From contig CAXXQS010000001.1 in the NCBI GenBank assembly GCA_963674735.2, forward strand, positions 2,336,001-2,400,000: a stretch of DNA of 64,000 bases. The letters are read 5' to 3'. Both the position numbers and the translations under genes were made by a program. This DNA is from Myxococcota bacterium (GTDB lineage Bacteria > Myxococcota_A > SURF-8). How positions within the stretch are numbered: the first letter of the stretch is position 1; each line of letters begins with the position of its first letter. This document shows positions 19,317-29,504 of this stretch, piece after piece. The notes below the pieces were generated by a model. That model worked only from the letters and a program-made list of their open reading frames with translations, ran no database searches and was not told where the DNA came from.

Positions 19317-19492
19317 ACCACTCCCCTTGTTTTGATGACGGTTGGTTCGTGCGCTCGATCGAGAAGCCGGTGGCTCGCTAAGCCCGGCGTCAGTCTCCTT
19401 GGCCGGAAGACGTCTTGGGAAAACGGTCTTGGGGGAACCCATCATCCGTTTGCTCCATGCCCATCAATGACAGGCCGACCGAAAACGAAGGT

Positions 19493-19522
19493 ATTGTATG
19501 AAGGATTTTGAAAGAAAGTCAA
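19493..19522 (-). promoter_or_regulatory. Sigma70-like promoter for the HlyD operon
   Basis: TTGACT-18-TACAAT on the minus strand, implying a leader of about 170 nt. Confidence 0.55.
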
Positions 19523-19906
19523 TGGAAAGCTTGGTGAAAGCGCATTCTTTGGACATGTCGATCCGAATACCCACCGGGCCACTCATCACCACTGGAAATT
19601 GATAACTAATTCTTATTGCAGCTGGACATATGTCACCAACTAAGCGATCACAAACTTTATTAAATGTGTCGCAACCGAAAGCTGCACATCTGCATCTTAC
19701 TGTAATTACTAGACCTATCTCAAACATTTCAACTTATAGGAATTTCTTATATGAGACTTATTTATTAGATGTTTTATTGACACAGCTATGCCAGAATGAT
19801 ACGGATTTTCTAAGTTAACGTTTTTCGAAAGACAATCGGTTCGATTGGGATCTTTAAAAAATCGGGTGCATACAACGTTTTCATTTTTTTCACGGGAAGC
19901 TCGCTC

Positions 19907-21634
19907 ATGCCGGAAGAAATCAAAACGCCGATATCGGCCGAGGCCGATATCGCCAAGGCTTTCGAACCATCGGCCACCTCTGTCCGACAAATGCGTAGCC
20001 GCCTACTGCTTCGCCTGCTGTTGGTATCGTTAACCCCCCTGCTTCTTTTGTTCGTCTATTTCCACTTTCAATTCCGCAGCACTTTGGAAGAACGCAGCCA
20101 ACGCCAGGTACGCACCATCGCCATCAATCACGGCACCTATGTCGATCGGCTGATCGAAACCAAAGCCTCGGCTCTGCGTAGTCTGGCCGAATCAGACCTG
20201 TGCACCTTCCCGCCGTCTAAAGACGATATCCAACGCTTATACAAAATCCTTACGAGCCTGGATAACATCGTTCTGGATGTGGGCGTATTCGACGACGAAG
20301 GTCGGCATCTCTACTACGCCGGACCTTTCCAGTTCCTAGAAGGGCGCAATTACGGAAACGAGCCCTGGTTCAAGGCGCTATCCAGCTCGGAAAACCCGCT
20401 CTACATCAGCGACGCCTACCTGGGTTATCGTCACGAAGCCCATTTCATCATCGCCGTGCGTACGGAAGTGGAGGGTCGCCGCTGGTACGTCCGTATGACC
20501 ATCAACCCCACCCGGTTCGGCGATCTGGTCGAGGACGTTCAGCAACTGGTCGGAGCCGATGCTTATCTCATCAACCGTGAAAACGTGTTTCAAAGTATCG
20601 CGCCGGAACTCGGCAAACCCCTCTCCCTGGCCCCCACCGACATGCACCCCGACTCTGAAGCGGACCGACCGCCGTCGATGATTGCCGAAAAAGGCGGTTA
20701 CCTGTTGGCCTTCTACCCCATGGAGTCGGTCGCTTGGACATTGGTGGTGCGTCAACCGCTGAAACTGGCCTACGCCCCGGCCGCCCAAGCCATGTGGGTT
20801 TCCCTGGCCATCCTCGGCTTCGGCATCGTCTTTATCGTCTTCGCCTCCCTGCTGGCCAGCACGACGTTAGTCCGTCATTACGTACGCTCGGAACGAAACC
20901 GCAAGGCCTTGATCGATCAGTTGGTGCAGGCCGGCAAAATGAGCACCATGGGTGAAATGGCCGCCGGAGTGGCCCACGAAATCAACAACCCGCTGGCCAT
21001 TATTCAATCCGAATGCGGCCTGATGGAAGACTACCTCGACCCGGCCTTCGGCGATCGCTTCGACCGGGACGAATTCAAGCGCCGCCTGCGTTCCATCATC
21101 GACGAATCCAATCGCTGCCGCAGCATCATTCACAAACTGCTCGGCTTCGCCCGGCGGACCGCTTCCACGATCCGGGATTGCGATCTCAACCAGTTGGTTG
21201 CCACCACCGTCGAATTGGTGCGCAAAGAGTTGAGCCTCGAAAACATCGAAATCGTTCTGGATCTAAGTCCCGAGCTGGAACCGATCCAAACGGATGGCGA
21301 GAAAATCAAGCAGGTTTTGCTGAACTTGATCCGCAATGCAGCCGATGCCATCGGCAAAGACGGACGCATCACTATCCTGACCACCCGCAGCGCCACCGAA
21401 ATTTCGTTCATCGTCAGCGATACGGGAAGCGGCATTTCCGAAGAAAATCTAAAGAACATCTTTTTACCCTTTTTCACCACCAAAGAAGTGGGAAAGGGAA
21501 CGGGTCTCGGCCTGTCGATCAGCCATGGCATCGTCACCTCGCTCGGAGGCCGCATCGGCGTCACCAGTCAATTGGGAGTTGGAACGTCATTCGAGATTGC
21601 ACTGCACACGCGAAACGGACAAAGGAAGGGCTAA
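19907..21634 (+). CDS. Sensor histidine kinase (2 TM, Cache-like periplasmic domain, NtrB/DctB class)
   Basis: H-box AHEINNPL, N-box NLIRNAADA, DTGSGI, PFFTTK..GTGLGL. Confidence 0.93.
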   Translation: MPEEIKTPISAEADIAKAFEPSATSVRQMRSRLLLRLLLVSLTPLLLLFVYFHFQFRSTLEERSQRQVRTIAINHGTYVDRLIETKASALRSLAESDLCTFPPSKDDIQRLYKILTSLDNIVLDVGVFDDEGRHLYYAGPFQFLEGRNYGNEPWFKALSSSENPLYISDAYLGYRHEAHFIIAVRTEVEGRRWYVRMTINPTRFGDLVEDVQQLVGADAYLINRENVFQSIAPELGKPLSLAPTDMHPDSEADRPPSMIAEKGGYLLAFYPMESVAWTLVVRQPLKLAYAPAAQAMWVSLAILGFGIVFIVFASLLASTTLVRHYVRSERNRKALIDQLVQAGKMSTMGEMAAGVAHEINNPLAIIQSECGLMEDYLDPAFGDRFDRDEFKRRLRSIIDESNRCRSIIHKLLGFARRTASTIRDCDLNQLVATTVELVRKELSLENIEIVLDLSPELEPIQTDGEKIKQVLLNLIRNAADAIGKDGRITILTTRSATEISFIVSDTGSGISEENLKNIFLPFFTTKEVGKGTGLGLSISHGIVTSLGGRIGVTSQLGVGTSFEIALHTRNGQRKG

Positions 21635-23665
21635 ATGGCTGGCAAACAGATCGACATTTTACTGATCGATGACGAGGTCAAGTTTACCGAGAACATGGAG
21701 CGGCGGCTTGAACTACGCGGATACACGGTACATCTCGTCAATCGCGGCGAAGAGGCCATCCGCCAGGTACGCCTATACGACTACGACGTCATTCTACTTG
21801 ATTTGAAAATGCCCGGCATGAGCGGCCAAGACACCCTCAAGGAAATCAAGAAGCTCAGCCCCACTTCCATGGTGATCATCCTCACCGGGCATGGCTCGTA
21901 TGAAACCGCCACCACCACCGGTAAACTGGACGCCTTTGCGTATCTCGAAAAGACCATTCCTTTCGACGACTTGCTGGGCGAAATCGATACGGCCAAGCGC
22001 CAACGTATCGACGTCAAGATTCGTGAAGACGAGCTACCCGATGCCAAACCGAGCGTCAAACAACGTTTGATGGGGGTCACCAACTACCGACCACTGTTCA
22101 TCGTCATCGGGTTGTTGCTTTTCTTCACCATTATCCTGATCCCGACACCCGACTCACTGATCAACCTGGTGGGAGCATCCAAAACCGGCCAGCTCGGCGA
22201 AACCGTGGCGGGATATGCCGGATACCGCTCCATGACCGAAGGACAGACCATCGCCCACTACTACGCCAGTTACGTCAAATTCGTGAAAGGGCCCGATATC
22301 GATTATCCGGCCGAGATGGGGGCGTTCAAAGCCAAGGTCATGATCGCCCTGCTGGTCATCGCCGCCTTTTTCTGGGGCACCGGGGCGATTCCCATCGGCT
22401 TCACCGCCATTTTGGTGGCGGTCGTGATGTACGGTTTCCAGATCATGAAGCCCGACATGGTGGCCACCTCGTTCATCAAGGATTCGGTGCTCTTCATCTT
22501 CGGTGTTCTAGCCATGTCGATCGGAATCGCCAAAACCGGCCTCGATCGCCGGATCGGCGTTCTGTTGCTGGGTTTATCCTCCAACATGCGGCGCTTCCTG
22601 TTCATCTTCTGCCCGCTCTTCGCCGTCACGGCTTCCTTCATTTCCGAACACGCTTTGGTAGCGTTTATCGCTCCGATCATGGTCGTGGTCTACGCCGCTT
22701 CCATCCGTGCCGCCGGCATCAAGGAAGACCGCGCGCTGGGCATCTGTTTGCTACTGATCGTGACCCTGGTGGGCAACATCGGTGGGCCGGGATCGCCCAG
22801 CGCGGGCGGGCGCAACGCCATCATGTTGGGGATACTCAAAGATTACGCCTCCGCACCCACCTACGGTGAATGGGTGATGTACGGCCTGCCTTTCGTCCCC
22901 GTCATGGCCGTGGTGATCGGCCTGTATTTCTATTTCGTTCTGGTGCGCCAGATTAAAGTGAAAGATGTCAATGTCGCCAAAATCGTCAAACAGGAATCCA
23001 AGCGTCTGGGTCCGATGGTGGGCAAAGAATACCTCATGGCCGGAATTTTGGGAGTGGTGATTCTGGGCTGGGTGCTGGTTTCGGATGTGTTCGGCATGGC
23101 CGGTCCGGTGTTGTTCGGCTTGGTATTGATGGGAATATTCCGCATTGTCCGCTGGCAGGACATCAGCCACATCAACTGGGATGTGGTCGCGCTTTATGCC
23201 TCGGCCACAGCAATGGGCAAGGGCTTGGCCATCACCGGTGCTGCCCTCTACATAGCCAACGGTTTCATCGCGGCCCTGCCCGATTTCTTCACCAGCGGTA
23301 CCGGTCTAGCCGTCGCGGTGAGCCTGTTCACCAGCATCGTCACCAACTTCATGAGCGACGGTGCGGCGGTGTCGGCCATCGGTCCCATCACCACACCCAT
23401 GGCGATTCTGGCCGATACCCACCCTTGGATGATCGGCTTCGCCACCGCCTTCGCCTCGTCGTTCGCTCACATTCTCGTAATCGGCACCCCGAACAACGCC
23501 ATCGTTTACGCGGTGGCCGTGGATCCTGACACCGGCAAGCGGCTGATCACACTCGGCGATATGGCCAAGCATGGGTTTTTCATCTGGATACTATCCCTGC
23601 TGGTGCTATGGATCTGGCTGTTTGGAATTTACTGGCAATGGATCGGCTTCCCGGCCATCAACTAA
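21635..23665 (+). CDS. Fusion of a response-regulator receiver domain and an SLC13/DASS family permease
   Basis: N-terminal REC (LIDDE, LLDLKMPG, ILTGHG, K) continuous in frame with a multi-TM DASS body (GLDRRI, NIGGPGSP, INWDV, IGTPNNAI). Confidence 0.85.
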   Translation: MAGKQIDILLIDDEVKFTENMERRLELRGYTVHLVNRGEEAIRQVRLYDYDVILLDLKMPGMSGQDTLKEIKKLSPTSMVIILTGHGSYETATTTGKLDAFAYLEKTIPFDDLLGEIDTAKRQRIDVKIREDELPDAKPSVKQRLMGVTNYRPLFIVIGLLLFFTIILIPTPDSLINLVGASKTGQLGETVAGYAGYRSMTEGQTIAHYYASYVKFVKGPDIDYPAEMGAFKAKVMIALLVIAAFFWGTGAIPIGFTAILVAVVMYGFQIMKPDMVATSFIKDSVLFIFGVLAMSIGIAKTGLDRRIGVLLLGLSSNMRRFLFIFCPLFAVTASFISEHALVAFIAPIMVVVYAASIRAAGIKEDRALGICLLLIVTLVGNIGGPGSPSAGGRNAIMLGILKDYASAPTYGEWVMYGLPFVPVMAVVIGLYFYFVLVRQIKVKDVNVAKIVKQESKRLGPMVGKEYLMAGILGVVILGWVLVSDVFGMAGPVLFGLVLMGIFRIVRWQDISHINWDVVALYASATAMGKGLAITGAALYIANGFIAALPDFFTSGTGLAVAVSLFTSIVTNFMSDGAAVSAIGPITTPMAILADTHPWMIGFATAFASSFAHILVIGTPNNAIVYAVAVDPDTGKRLITLGDMAKHGFFIWILSLLVLWIWLFGIYWQWIGFPAIN

Positions 23666-23709
23666 GACCGTTAACCGAAAGCTATTGAGACAAAACGGAG
23701 GAATTCACC

Positions 23710-24192
23710 ATGAGCGAAAAAATCCAAGTCCTGTTCGTGGACGATGAGGAGAAATTCCTCGAAAACATGGCCACCCGCCTGCGTTTGCGCGATCTGGAAG
23801 TCGATACCTTCAACAACGGCCAGGAGGCGCTGGACGCATCGCAGTCCAAGCGCTACGACGTCGCCCTGCTCGACCTGAAGATGCCGGGGATGGATGGCGA
23901 AGAACTGCTGCTGAAGTTGAAAGAACGCGATCCGTCTTTGGAAGTCATCATCCTCACCGGTCACGGTTCGATCAAATCGGCGGCAACCCTGACCAAAGAA
24001 GGCGCTTATGAGTATCTGCTGAAACCTTGCGATCTCGATGATGTGATTGGCGCGCTCTCCAACGCCTTCGCCAAGCGAGTCAAAGCCAGAAACGAGCAAA
24101 AGACGGCGCGCGTCAACACGTTGATGGAAGAGGCCGTCAATCTCAGCCCCATCGAATTGTTGCGCAAGCTGGAAGAACTGGATCGCGAGTAG
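23710..24192 (+). CDS. Single-domain response regulator (REC with short helical tail)
   Basis: VDDE, LLDLKMPG, LTGHGS, YLLKP. Confidence 0.93.
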   Translation: MSEKIQVLFVDDEEKFLENMATRLRLRDLEVDTFNNGQEALDASQSKRYDVALLDLKMPGMDGEELLLKLKERDPSLEVIILTGHGSIKSAATLTKEGAYEYLLKPCDLDDVIGALSNAFAKRVKARNEQKTARVNTLMEEAVNLSPIELLRKLEELDRE

Positions 24193-24208
24193 ATTCAGGC
24201 GATTGCGA

Positions 24209-24239
24209 TCGACCCGGTACGCCAGCGGCACCGGGTCGA
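24209..24239. terminator. Hairpin between convergent genes
   Basis: TCGACCCGGT...ACCGGGTCGA inverted repeat; no U-tract. Confidence 0.45.
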
Positions 24240-24247
24240 CACGCCTC

Positions 24248-24967
24248 TCAGGCGAGAAGCGTTAAAGACTCGATGAGAGGCGGATCTTCCTTCTCGATGA
24301 TCTCGATCACATGCTTGTTCATGCGCCGTTTCATCTCGGCAAAGATGGGGCGGTTTTTGGCGAACGACTGGGCGAAAGTCAGGCTTTCGGATAACAGGCT
24401 GGCTTCGTCGGGGAAGGCTTTAACCACAATGTGATCCGCTTCCGCCTCGGCACCGCCGACCCGTTTGCCCATGAGCGCCATTTCGGCGAATTTATACTCC
24501 GGCAACGCGCGGCGCACGACCGCCTGCATACCCGGCATGAAGGGGATGTTGATATCCACTTCGGGGAAACAGAAAAAGCCCCGGTCGGCGCGCATGAAGC
24601 GGAAATCGCAGGCGCAGGACATGATGCTGCCGTCGCCGAAGGCGTGGCCGTTGATCACGGCAACCACCGGCATCGGCAAGGTCATGATCCGCACGAACAT
24701 CTTGTTTAGTCCGTTCATGAAACCGCGCACTTCATCGTGACGCGCCGCATCGCCGATGGCGGCCATCATCCAGTTCAGATCGATACCCAACGACCAGTAT
24801 TTGGGATCGGACGACGTCAGCACGATACCCTGCATCGACGGATCGGCCTCGATTTCGTCGAAGGCGGTCAACAGGGCGTCTATAAACTCGGGATTATGGC
24901 GATTTTCACCGTTATCCATCACGATACGTGCAACGTTCTGCTCTTTTTCCCAATATAGAATACTCAT
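24248..24967 (-). CDS. Enoyl-CoA hydratase/isomerase (crotonase) family
   Basis: WSLGIDL, PVVAVINGHAFG, CDFRFM, FPEVDI. Confidence 0.9.
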   Translation of the reverse strand: MSILYWEKEQNVARIVMDNGENRHNPEFIDALLTAFDEIEADPSMQGIVLTSSDPKYWSLGIDLNWMMAAIGDAARHDEVRGFMNGLNKMFVRIMTLPMPVVAVINGHAFGDGSIMSCACDFRFMRADRGFFCFPEVDINIPFMPGMQAVVRRALPEYKFAEMALMGKRVGGAEAEADHIVVKAFPDEASLLSESLTFAQSFAKNRPIFAEMKRRMNKHVIEIIEKEDPPLIESLTLLA

Positions 24968-25120
24968 AGCCGATCCTTTCCGCAGCAGGTCATGGGTCCT
25001 ATTCAAGCGGCGACAGTTTAACAAAGCCGCGTCATTTTCCCAAGCATTTGCTAGATAGAGAAAGAAAAAACGGCCCCCGGCGGAACCGGAGACCGTCGAT
25101 AACGACGTATATTTCGGGTT

Positions 25121-26938
25121 TTAGCGCCCCAACTTCATAAAGCGCGCATGTCGCCAGGCCTGCCAGGAAGCCGGACGCATGGGATTGAAGGGCGGCGGAT
25201 TGGTCCAGGTCGGTAAATGCCGAATCATGCTGACCGGCGGCTCGGCTTTGAAAACCGCACGGGACTGTGCGGGCTGGTCGGGTCCGCTTGCCTGCGTGGG
25301 CCAGCCGGAATAGTCCATCGACGTATTGGCGACCAACAACGCACCGCCCTGCACGTTGAAGGGGGCCGTCTCGTCGATATTGCCCGATCCATCGATCCCC
25401 AGGTAGCGAATATCGGCGCCTTGCGTTCCAGGATAGTCCACGCTGGTGGCCGTCAACTTGAAAAGCGCACCCGCAAAGGGTTCTAAATTCAGGCTGGTCG
25501 TTCCGGTCGAAACGGTCGGTCCACTGGCCACCGTAGCGGATGCCAACCCGTTGAAACTGTAGAGACCGCTGTCCGCCTGCGTCCAGAAAGCCGCCAGCAT
25601 ACGCTGGTAAGCGGTGGGCAGATCCATGCCGATTTCGGTCTGCAAGAAGGTGTTCACCTCCTCCGGGCTACCATCCGATAACGTGAAGATATCGGCATAA
25701 GCGGCGACATCGCCGGTCATTTGACCGGCCACATAGGCCCAGAACAGATAGGCCACCGCATAATTGGCATATTCGGCATAGCGCCAATGCGCCAGCGACA
25801 AACCATCACCGATCAGACCATCCGGATCCCATTGGAAGAACTGCACCGCGGTCGTGTTCTCCCCGTAAACGGCATTGATGGCGCTTTCGGCCAGACCTTC
25901 GTCGTGATACTCCCAATATTCCTCGGTAAAGCCGTGATAGCCGTGGTAGAGCAGGTGCTGGAACTCATGGGCGATGATATGCGGAAAAGATTGCGGGTCC
26001 GTAACCACGTTGAGATGGATCATGTCCATTTCGTTCGAATGAAGCCCCCACCAGGACATGGTTGTGGCATTGGAATACTGGTTGATCGACGAAAAGTAGC
26101 CGCCGTAGTAGTTCTGACCATCCAACGCCAAAAGCAGGATTTTGTCGTTTTCGTCGAAATCGGGGGCATCGGCCAACAGATCGGTCAAAGTCGGATAGAT
26201 ATCGTCATCGAAAGTATCGAGCAGGCTCTGAGCGTCATTGATCGCGTAACCGTCCTGGACGTAAATCACGCAGTGCTGACCCACCGCACGCCGATAGGCC
26301 GTGATTTCCTCGTCTTCGTAACTCTGGCTGGAAAAATCGGTCACCCAGAAGTTGCGTTCATCCGCCGACCAAAACACCTCGCTGGGACCGATATCATCGC
26401 CATCCGCGATGGACAAGGTGTATTCCACCCCGAGTTTCTGCCGGGCGCTGGTGAGGGTAGCCGTCGACGTATCGGCCTCATACACGACACTCGCGACGGA
26501 CAATGCACCCAACAGCGAATCGAGACCATACGATGCCCGTCGTTCGGCGCGCTCGCTTCCGGGATCGCGATCGAACCGCACCACGACCGTCCGCTCGTCC
26601 GGCGCCTCGATGGTAAGGATTTTCACATCTTCCCACGCGGAGGCCGGCTCGTCGCCATCGGGCATATCACCGTCGGACTCATCCCCATCGGGATCGTCGC
26701 CGTCGGGGTCATCGCCGTCGGGATCGTCACCATCGGGATCGTCGCCGTCGGGAAGTAACAGTTCGAAATCACTATCGCTATCGCCATCCGGAAGCAGGCG
26801 GTCCCCATCGGTCGCATCCGGGTCATCGCCATCCTCGGGATCACGGTTGTCGTTGACCGTATCGCCGACACAGGCACTCAGAAAAAGAATCAAACCAGCA
26901 AGAATCAGCAGTGAAAATCGGGGAAACCAGCGTGTCAT
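25121..26938 (-). CDS. Lipoprotein zinc metallopeptidase (HEFQH, M30/hyicolysin-like) with DGD-repeat linker
   Basis: Lipobox FLSAC; (PDGDD)n; Ig-like segment; YGGYF, AHEFQHL, DEGLAE. Confidence 0.75.
   Translation of the reverse strand: MTRWFPRFSLLILAGLILFLSACVGDTVNDNRDPEDGDDPDATDGDRLLPDGDSDSDFELLLPDGDDPDGDDPDGDDPDGDDPDGDESDGDMPDGDEPASAWEDVKILTIEAPDERTVVVRFDRDPGSERAERRASYGLDSLLGALSVASVVYEADTSTATLTSARQKLGVEYTLSIADGDDIGPSEVFWSADERNFWVTDFSSQSYEDEEITAYRRAVGQHCVIYVQDGYAINDAQSLLDTFDDDIYPTLTDLLADAPDFDENDKILLLALDGQNYYGGYFSSINQYSNATTMSWWGLHSNEMDMIHLNVVTDPQSFPHIIAHEFQHLLYHGYHGFTEEYWEYHDEGLAESAINAVYGENTTAVQFFQWDPDGLIGDGLSLAHWRYAEYANYAVAYLFWAYVAGQMTGDVAAYADIFTLSDGSPEEVNTFLQTEIGMDLPTAYQRMLAAFWTQADSGLYSFNGLASATVASGPTVSTGTTSLNLEPFAGALFKLTATSVDYPGTQGADIRYLGIDGSGNIDETAPFNVQGGALLVANTSMDYSGWPTQASGPDQPAQSRAVFKAEPPVSMIRHLPTWTNPPPFNPMRPASWQAWRHARFMKLGR
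26648..26752 (-). repeat. In-frame 15-bp tandem repeat encoding (PDGDD)-like x7
   Basis: PDGDD x4, then PDGDE, SDGDM, PDGDE; synonymous codons differ between units. Confidence 0.9.
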
Positions 26939-27107
26939 ATCAAACTCCTTCAAACATTACAGTTCACCTACCATAATGGAATCGACCCGAATGTCAATCG
27001 CTTGATGAACCGACACAATTTAGCGCTCAGTGCACAGAGCACCTATCGAAAACTTGCACCGACCTCTTTGAGAGGGTAAAATACGCTATTCTCGATCGAT
27101 GCATTGA

Positions 27108-27512
27108 ATGAAACCGGGAAATGAAATGAGCGAGACGACCGAAAGCCCTGACACAGCCAACAGACCGGAAGAACTTGAAAATTCAGCTACATTCGGGCCA
27201 CCTCTCCCCGAATCGCCGCCGCCGCTACCGATGGCGAAATACTGGCACGCACTCCCCATCCTGTCGGGAGTCCTGCTCCTGATCTATGCTTTCCGTCATC
27301 CCAACTGCTGGCAATGGGTATCGGAATCGGGCGTCCAATGCCTGTATCTGCACCTCCTGCTGGTGGCCTTTTTCTGCTCGATGATCTACTTCGGCGACGT
27401 CCTCTTCAAATTCCGCTACAACACCCCGGCCGAGCGGCGCAACGCCGGGCATTTTGCCGGAACCGCCCTGCTGGCCCTCTGGGATCTCGTCATCCTATCC
27501 GAGATCGTTTAA
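27108..27512 (+). CDS. Small hypothetical membrane protein (about 3 TM)
   Basis: Three hydrophobic segments; TTGCAC-17-TAAAAT promoter at 27054-27082. Confidence 0.6.
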   Translation: MKPGNEMSETTESPDTANRPEELENSATFGPPLPESPPPLPMAKYWHALPILSGVLLLIYAFRHPNCWQWVSESGVQCLYLHLLLVAFFCSMIYFGDVLFKFRYNTPAERRNAGHFAGTALLALWDLVILSEIV

Positions 27513-27533
27513 CCTATCTATTCGTTATTACAA

Positions 27534-28469
27534 TTATTTTACAGAAGACCGGGCTCGTTCTCCCTGGCGGGTGCCGCGCTCTTGAAAACCGTTTTCCACT
27601 CCGGCGATAATCTGATTTTTCAAATCCCACCATTGCGGAGCCACCAACAAAGCACGCGGCGAGTCGGCCACCAGACGCTGCACTTTGATGCGCCAGGGCA
27701 GAAGTTCCAGGCAGTCGAGCAAAACCGGCAGGTAATCATCGAACGTCTCGAAAATCGGCACTTCTCCCTGGTAAAAAGGCAATTCCAGGGCGGAACCGCG
27801 ATAAACCTGCAAGTGATGAATTTTAATGGAGTCCAGGGGCAAGTCCGCCAAACGGCGGAAGGTTTCGCGCATCATCTCGGGCGTTTCGCCGGGTAGCCCT
27901 AAAATAACGTGGACGGCCACCGGGATGCCACGTTGGTGCGTCATCTCCACGGCCTTCACGAAATCGGCGTAGGTATGCCCCCGGTTGATGCGTTTGAGGG
28001 TGGTATCGTGAACGGATTGCAAGCCGTATTCGATGAAAACCGGTTTACGCCAGCTTCGCCCGGCCAGAACGTCCATCAGCGGCTCCGAGACGAAGTCGGG
28101 ACGGGTGGAAATCACCACCCCCTTCACCCGTGGATGGCGAAAAGCCTCGTCATAACGCGCAATCAACCATTCATGTTCACCGGCTGTGTTGGTCTCGTTC
28201 TGGAAATAGGCGAGGAACAAGTCCGTGTGGTAACGCGGTCCCAACGCCAGCACTCCGGCGTCGATCTGATTGGTGATCGACCCCAAAGATCGTACGCGCT
28301 CGGACATAATGACTCCCGGGCGGCAGAACAGACAGCCCGGCGGGTTGGCATGTCGGTGCGGACACGGCAGCCCCAGATCCAACGAGATCTTGGCCACACG
28401 ACCGCCGAAACGCAAACGCAAATAGGCGTTGTAGGAATTAAAATGGGTGGGAGCGGGTGTACTCGGCAT
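27534..28469 (-). CDS. Radical SAM protein, TIGR01212/YhcC family
   Basis: CPHR..GCLFC, LAYFQ..TNT, STRPD, EYGLQS, INRGH, HVILGLPGE, IKIH. Confidence 0.92.
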   Translation of the reverse strand: MPSTPAPTHFNSYNAYLRLRFGGRVAKISLDLGLPCPHRHANPPGCLFCRPGVIMSERVRSLGSITNQIDAGVLALGPRYHTDLFLAYFQNETNTAGEHEWLIARYDEAFRHPRVKGVVISTRPDFVSEPLMDVLAGRSWRKPVFIEYGLQSVHDTTLKRINRGHTYADFVKAVEMTHQRGIPVAVHVILGLPGETPEMMRETFRRLADLPLDSIKIHHLQVYRGSALELPFYQGEVPIFETFDDYLPVLLDCLELLPWRIKVQRLVADSPRALLVAPQWWDLKNQIIAGVENGFQERGTRQGERARSSVK

Positions 28470-28983
28470 AATCGATCCGTATCAATAGAATCGGGGATAA
28501 GCCCAACAAAACCAAGACGTACCATTTGCCTTCGTGCTGAACCAGCCGATTGATGTGCACGCGATACCCCTCATCGGCCGAAACCGCCGTGCCTTCGATA
28601 TACGGAAGCGTCATATCGGGCAAGGTTCCGACCATGGTTCCTTCATCTTCCACGTCGAAACCGGCAAACAGCGCCGCCGAATCCTGCAACATGGTATACA
28701 TGCCGTTCTGGGCATCCTGCTTGAGTTTCTGGCAGACACCGATGGTGCCTTCCTGCCCCAGCAGCGATTCCGGGAAATAAGCCAGGATGTTTTCCTGACC
28801 GAAGTACAAGGGGCTGGCGCAGGTAAAATCGCCAGCTTTCATTTCCTCAAACAGCAATTCGGCCGTTCCTTCCGGGGTGGTCTGATCGGGCGTTTCCGCC
28901 TCTTCATCCTCACCGTCGGAACCACAGGCCAACAACAACATCGCCGCCATCACCAGCGTCATCCAGCGCATCCAATACAGCAT
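28438..28983 (-). CDS. Hypothetical lipoprotein
   Basis: Lipobox LLLAC followed by acidic SDGEDEE linker. Confidence 0.6.
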   Translation of the reverse strand: MLYWMRWMTLVMAAMLLLACGSDGEDEEAETPDQTTPEGTAELLFEEMKAGDFTCASPLYFGQENILAYFPESLLGQEGTIGVCQKLKQDAQNGMYTMLQDSAALFAGFDVEDEGTMVGTLPDMTLPYIEGTAVSADEGYRVHINRLVQHEGKWYVLVLLGLSPILLIRIDYAEYTRSHPF

Positions 28984-29072
28984 TGAAGCCTTCCGCGTTT
29001 TTTAGATTGACAAGTTCGCTCAGCTTTCTAGACTAACAGACGCAGCACGCATTTCCAAAGGGAGGACCATCC

Positions 29073-29471
29073 ATGCCGCATCGCCACATCATCCTCGTCG
29101 CCGCTCTGGCATTCGCCATTCTCACGGTAACGGGCTGTCTGGGCCGAGATCAGAATTTGAAGAAGCTCGACGACTCCATCCGATCGTACCACACCGCCAT
29201 GCAGTACAAGCAGCTCGACAGGGCTTCGAAAATGATGGATGCCAAACTGGTCGCCACATTCTACGAAACCATGGAACCCGAACTGCAGGTGAAAAGCATC
29301 ACCGATTTTCAAATTCGCAAAGTGACCGCCGACGAAGAAACGGAAGAAGCCGAAGTGGTCATCATCCGCGAAACCTACGACACGTCCAGCTACGAAGTTC
29401 GCCGCGAAGTCGCAACCCAACACTGGGAAAAGGGTGAAAAAGACTGGCGCTTGATGGGTGGCGATTTTTAA
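29073..29471 (+). CDS. Hypothetical lipoprotein (possible NTF2-like fold)
   Basis: RBS GGAGG, lipobox TVTGC, C-terminal W..GEKDWRL strand pattern. Confidence 0.75.
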   Translation: MPHRHIILVAALAFAILTVTGCLGRDQNLKKLDDSIRSYHTAMQYKQLDRASKMMDAKLVATFYETMEPELQVKSITDFQIRKVTADEETEEAEVVIIRETYDTSSYEVRREVATQHWEKGEKDWRLMGGDF

Positions 29472-29504
29472 TCGTTCACACCGCCCGCCGCCACCTTCCG
29501 CGAC

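Noticed and set aside
19380-19450. GGATGATGGGTTCCCCC resembling a fluoride riboswitch 5' half
   Set aside because: The 3' GCTGATGAC..CT pseudoknot element is missing.
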